From Octopus vulgaris (taxonomy: Eukaryota): DNA of 64,000 bases. The stretch is taken from contig OX597840.1 of the NCBI GenBank assembly GCA_951406725.2, positions 24,242,001 to 24,306,000 on the forward strand. The letters run 5' to 3'. Position 1 is the first letter of the stretch. Each line of letters opens with the position of its first letter. Of this stretch, positions 60,651 to 64,000 are shown piece by piece. The translations under genes and the position numbers were made by a program. The notes under the pieces are model-generated. The model was given only the letters and a program-made list of their open reading frames with translations. It made no database searches and was not told where the DNA came from.

Positions 60651-63600
60651 GATAAGGTAATCGAGGTAGTCAGAGTATGTGACAGAATACTTAAGATTAG
60701 ATTAGTGCTCCATCATAGGTTAGCAACTATTATATCGGCCTATGCCCTTCAGCCAGGGCTACCCGATGGACAGAAAGACAGTTTCTATGACACCCTATTG
60801 CAGACTACCTCATTGACGAATGACAGGGACCTTCTCTTTGTGGCTGGTGACTTCAATGGGCATGTTGGACGACATGCTGGGGGCTTCCATGGCGTACATG
60901 GAGGCTACGGTTATGGTTCCCGCAACGAGGAGGGAATCAGGCTGCTGGAGTTCTGCGATGCAAATAGTCTTATGGTTTGCAACGCTAACTTCAGGAAACC
61001 GACAAGCCACCTGGTCACCTACCGATCGGGCTGGCATACTAGCCAAATCGACTACATCCTTGCCAGAAAATGGGAAAGATGGCTGCTTATAAATGCCAAA
61101 ACCTTCCCAGGCGAAGAATGAACCCCACAACATAGACTGGTAGTTAGTGACTTTAGGATCAGGACTAAGAGGACGACTAGAAGACGACCAACATGGAGAA
61201 GGGTCTGGAAGCTTAAAGACCCTGCGAATGGACAGAGATTTAGAGACATGTTACTTGAAGCCTTTGACGAAATAGAAGGGGGCATAGCTACACATGTGGT
61301 AGAAGACAACTGGACGCTTCTGAGGGACAACCTGCTGAAAGCCACTGACCAGATCTGTGGCTGGTGCAAAGTCCCCTCAAGACCCAAAATAACGTGGTGG
61401 TGGAACAATATTGTTGACAGGGCTATTAGACAAAAGAAACAGGCTTGGAAGGCCTGGAAGAACGGTGGTAGCAGGGAAGTGTATCAGACTGCCAGAAGGG
61501 AAGCTAGGAGGCAGGTGTATATAGCCAGAGGGGAAGCAGATAAGAAAAAAATTGCCAATGTTCTGCGCCATGAGGATGAAAGACTTGAGGTATTTCATAT
61601 TGCTAGACAGTGTGTGAGAGAGAATTGTGACGTGGTAGGAGAGAAATGTGTTCGCACGGATGACGGCTCACTTGGGCTAAATGATGATGCAAAGAGAGAG
61701 GTTTGCAGACGCCACTATGAAAGGTTGCTGAATGAGAAAAATGAATGGGATAAAGAGTGTCTGCCGAATGTCGACCCAACAGAGGGACCAGCAATCCGAG
61801 TTGACAGTTCCTTAGTAGTTAAGGCAATTACTAGCATGAAAACAGGGAAAGCCCCAGGCCCATCAGGAATTACTGCAGAGATGCTCAAAATATCTGGTAG
61901 TGTTGGAAATAGCTTAGTCACCCGTATAGTTAACCAGGTGATACACGAAGGAGTCATACCCAATGACTGGTGTAGCAGCATAATAGTCAACTGCTACAAA
62001 GGCAAAGGTGACGCTCTAGATACAAATAACTACAGGGGTATCAAGCTGCTGGATCAGGTAATGAAGGTTACGGAGAGGGTTATAGCCCAACTAATTAGAG
62101 AGAGAGTTAGCTTAGATCAGATGCAGTTTGGGTTCGTGCCAGGGAAAAGTACTACTGATGCTATATTCCTGGTAAGACAGCTGCAGGAGAAATACCTAGC
62201 CAAAGATAAGCCCCTGTACCTGGCTTTTGTTGACATGGAGAAAGCCTTCGACAGGGTCCCCGATCCCTTATCTGGTGGTCAATGAGGAAACTAGGGATAG
62301 ATGAATGGCTAGTGAGAGCTGTGCGAGCCATGTACAGAGACGCTGCTAGTAAGGTAAGGGTTGGCAACGAGTACAGTGAAGAATTCTGGGTAGAGGTTGG
62401 GGTCCACCAAGGTTCAGTCCTCAGTCCCCTCCTATTTATCATAGTCCTCCAGGCAATAACGGAGGAATTCAAGACAGGATGCCCCTGGGAGCTCCTCTAT
62501 GCTGATGTACTTGCTCTAATTGCTGAGTCACTATCAGAACTGGAGGAGAAGTTCCAGGTGTGGAAGGAGGGTTTAGAATCGAGGGGCCTTAGAGTCAACC
62601 TAGCTAAAACCAAAGTACTAATAAGTAGGAAAGTCACAAACGCCTTCAGGTAGATGGCCCAGCTCGATCTGTAGAAAAGGTGTAGGTAGAAACTCTATAA
62701 GGTGCACCAAGTGTAAGCTATGGACACATAAGAGGTGCAGCAATGTCAAAGGAAGGCTAACTAGGAAAATAGTTTTTGTCTGTGGCAGATGCTCAGGAGC
62801 AATAAACACTGGAAATGTGCAGAGACCAACTTCTACCACGTTTCAGGGAGACAAACCAGAAGTAGTTGATAGCTTCCGCTACCTAGGTGACCAAGTCAGT
62901 AGCGGGGGTGGGTGCGCTGAAAGTGTAACTGCTAGAGTAAGAATAGCCTGGGCAAAGTTTAGAGAGCTCTTACCCCTGCTGGTGACAAAAGGCAGACTGT
63001 ATGAGGCATGTGTATGTACAGCGATGCTACATGGTAGTGAAACATGGGCCGTGACTGCTGAGGATATGTGTAAGCTAGCAACAAAAGAAGCCAGTATGCT
63101 CCGATGGATGTGTAATGTCAATGTTCATAATTGACAGAGTGTAAGTACCTTGAGAGAAAAGTTGGACCTAAGAAGCATCAGTTGTGGTGTGCAAGAGAGA
63201 CGTTTGCGCTGGTATGGTCATGTGATGAGAATGGCTGAAGATAGTTGTGTGCAAAAGTGCCACACCCTAGCGGTTGAGGGAACCTGTGGAAGAGGTAGAC
63301 CCAGGAAAACCTGGGACGAGGTGATGAAGCATGACCTTCACACTTTAGGACTCACCAAGGAAATGACTAGAGACCGAGACCTATGGAAGTATGCTGTGAG
63401 TGAGAAGACCCGGCAAGACTAGTGAGACCATAACCCGTGGCCTCTACCTGGTATGTAGCCAGTTGACTTATACATACCTTTCCTTCTTGGGACACAAAAC
63501 TCCACTTGTGAAGACCCGTTGAGGCAAGTGAAAATCAGAATCAAATCAGATATCAGAAGGCAGAACAAAAATCGAAGTCGATCAACATCAATGGAAATTG

Positions 63601-64000
63601 CGGCTGTGATACCAGTGCTGGTGACAAGTAAGCGAACCATCCGATCGTGGCCGCCCCGACTGGCCTCCATGCCGGTGACACCTAAGAAGCACCATCCATT
63701 CGTGGCCGTTGCCAGCCTCGCCTGGCCCCCGTGTCGGTGGCACGTAAAAAGCACCATCCATTCGTGGCCGTTGCCAGTGCCGCCCCATCTGGCCTCCGTG
63801 CCGGTGGCACGTAAAAGCACCATTTGTTCGTGTCCGTTGCCAGCCTCGCCTGACCTCCGTGCCGGTGGCACGTAAAAGCACCATCCGTTCGTGGCCGTTT
63901 GCCAGCTCCATCTGGCACGTAAAAAACACTCACTGAACTCGCAGAGTGGTTGGCGTTAGGAAGAGCATCCAGCTGTAGAAACACTGCCAGATCAGACTGG
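60651..64000 (+). mobile_element. RTE-clade LINE, 5'-truncated and degenerate, running off the window
   Basis: Endonuclease motifs SAYA.Q, GDFNGHVG, QIDYIL; RT motifs NYRGIKLL, QFGF, AFVDMEKAFDRV, GVHQGSVLSPLLF, YADV; RTE C-terminus RRLRWYGHV..GRGRPRKTW; stops and frameshifts at ~61121, 62262, 62640, 63134. Confidence 0.93.
63640..63930 (+). repeat. Imperfect ~57-bp tandem repeat in the RTE 3' UTR (about 5 units)
   Basis: Recurrent cgtggccgttgccagc...gccggtggcacgtaaaagcaccat. Confidence 0.8.

Overview
AT-rich eukaryotic (animal) DNA. It is most consistent with an octopus-type C2H2 zinc-finger gene cluster; this is an inference from the (TA)n/(GATA)n load, the tRNA-derived SINE families and the KRAB-less tandem ZNF genes. 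The window is a head-to-tail array of ~9-12 kb segmental duplications. Each unit holds one minus-strand gene: a predicted short non-coding exon 1 next to an ETS/E-box promoter, one intron, and a single coding exon made of a 35-aa acidic leader plus tandem 84-bp C2H2 fingers (17-32 in the unrearranged copies). Six copies are present, plus the promoter of a seventh at the left edge. Gene 2 is fully open. Genes 1, 4 and 6 share a 2-bp deletion that creates a stop and leaves six fingers out of frame. Gene 3 is frameshifted and has stops. Gene 4 lost its promoter. Gene 5 is broken by an inversion that places zinc-finger sequence antisense behind an intact promoter; the inverted part carries a homogenised 84-bp array and a CR1-like LINE with a nested Helitron. 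The spacers contain a Tc1 remnant, several SINEs, non-autonomous Helitrons, a MITE, a degenerate RTE LINE with a PHD-like insert, several hammerhead-ribozyme-like motifs, and a 78-bp inverted repeat bracketing most coding exons. Everything was read by eye; repeat boundaries are approximate.
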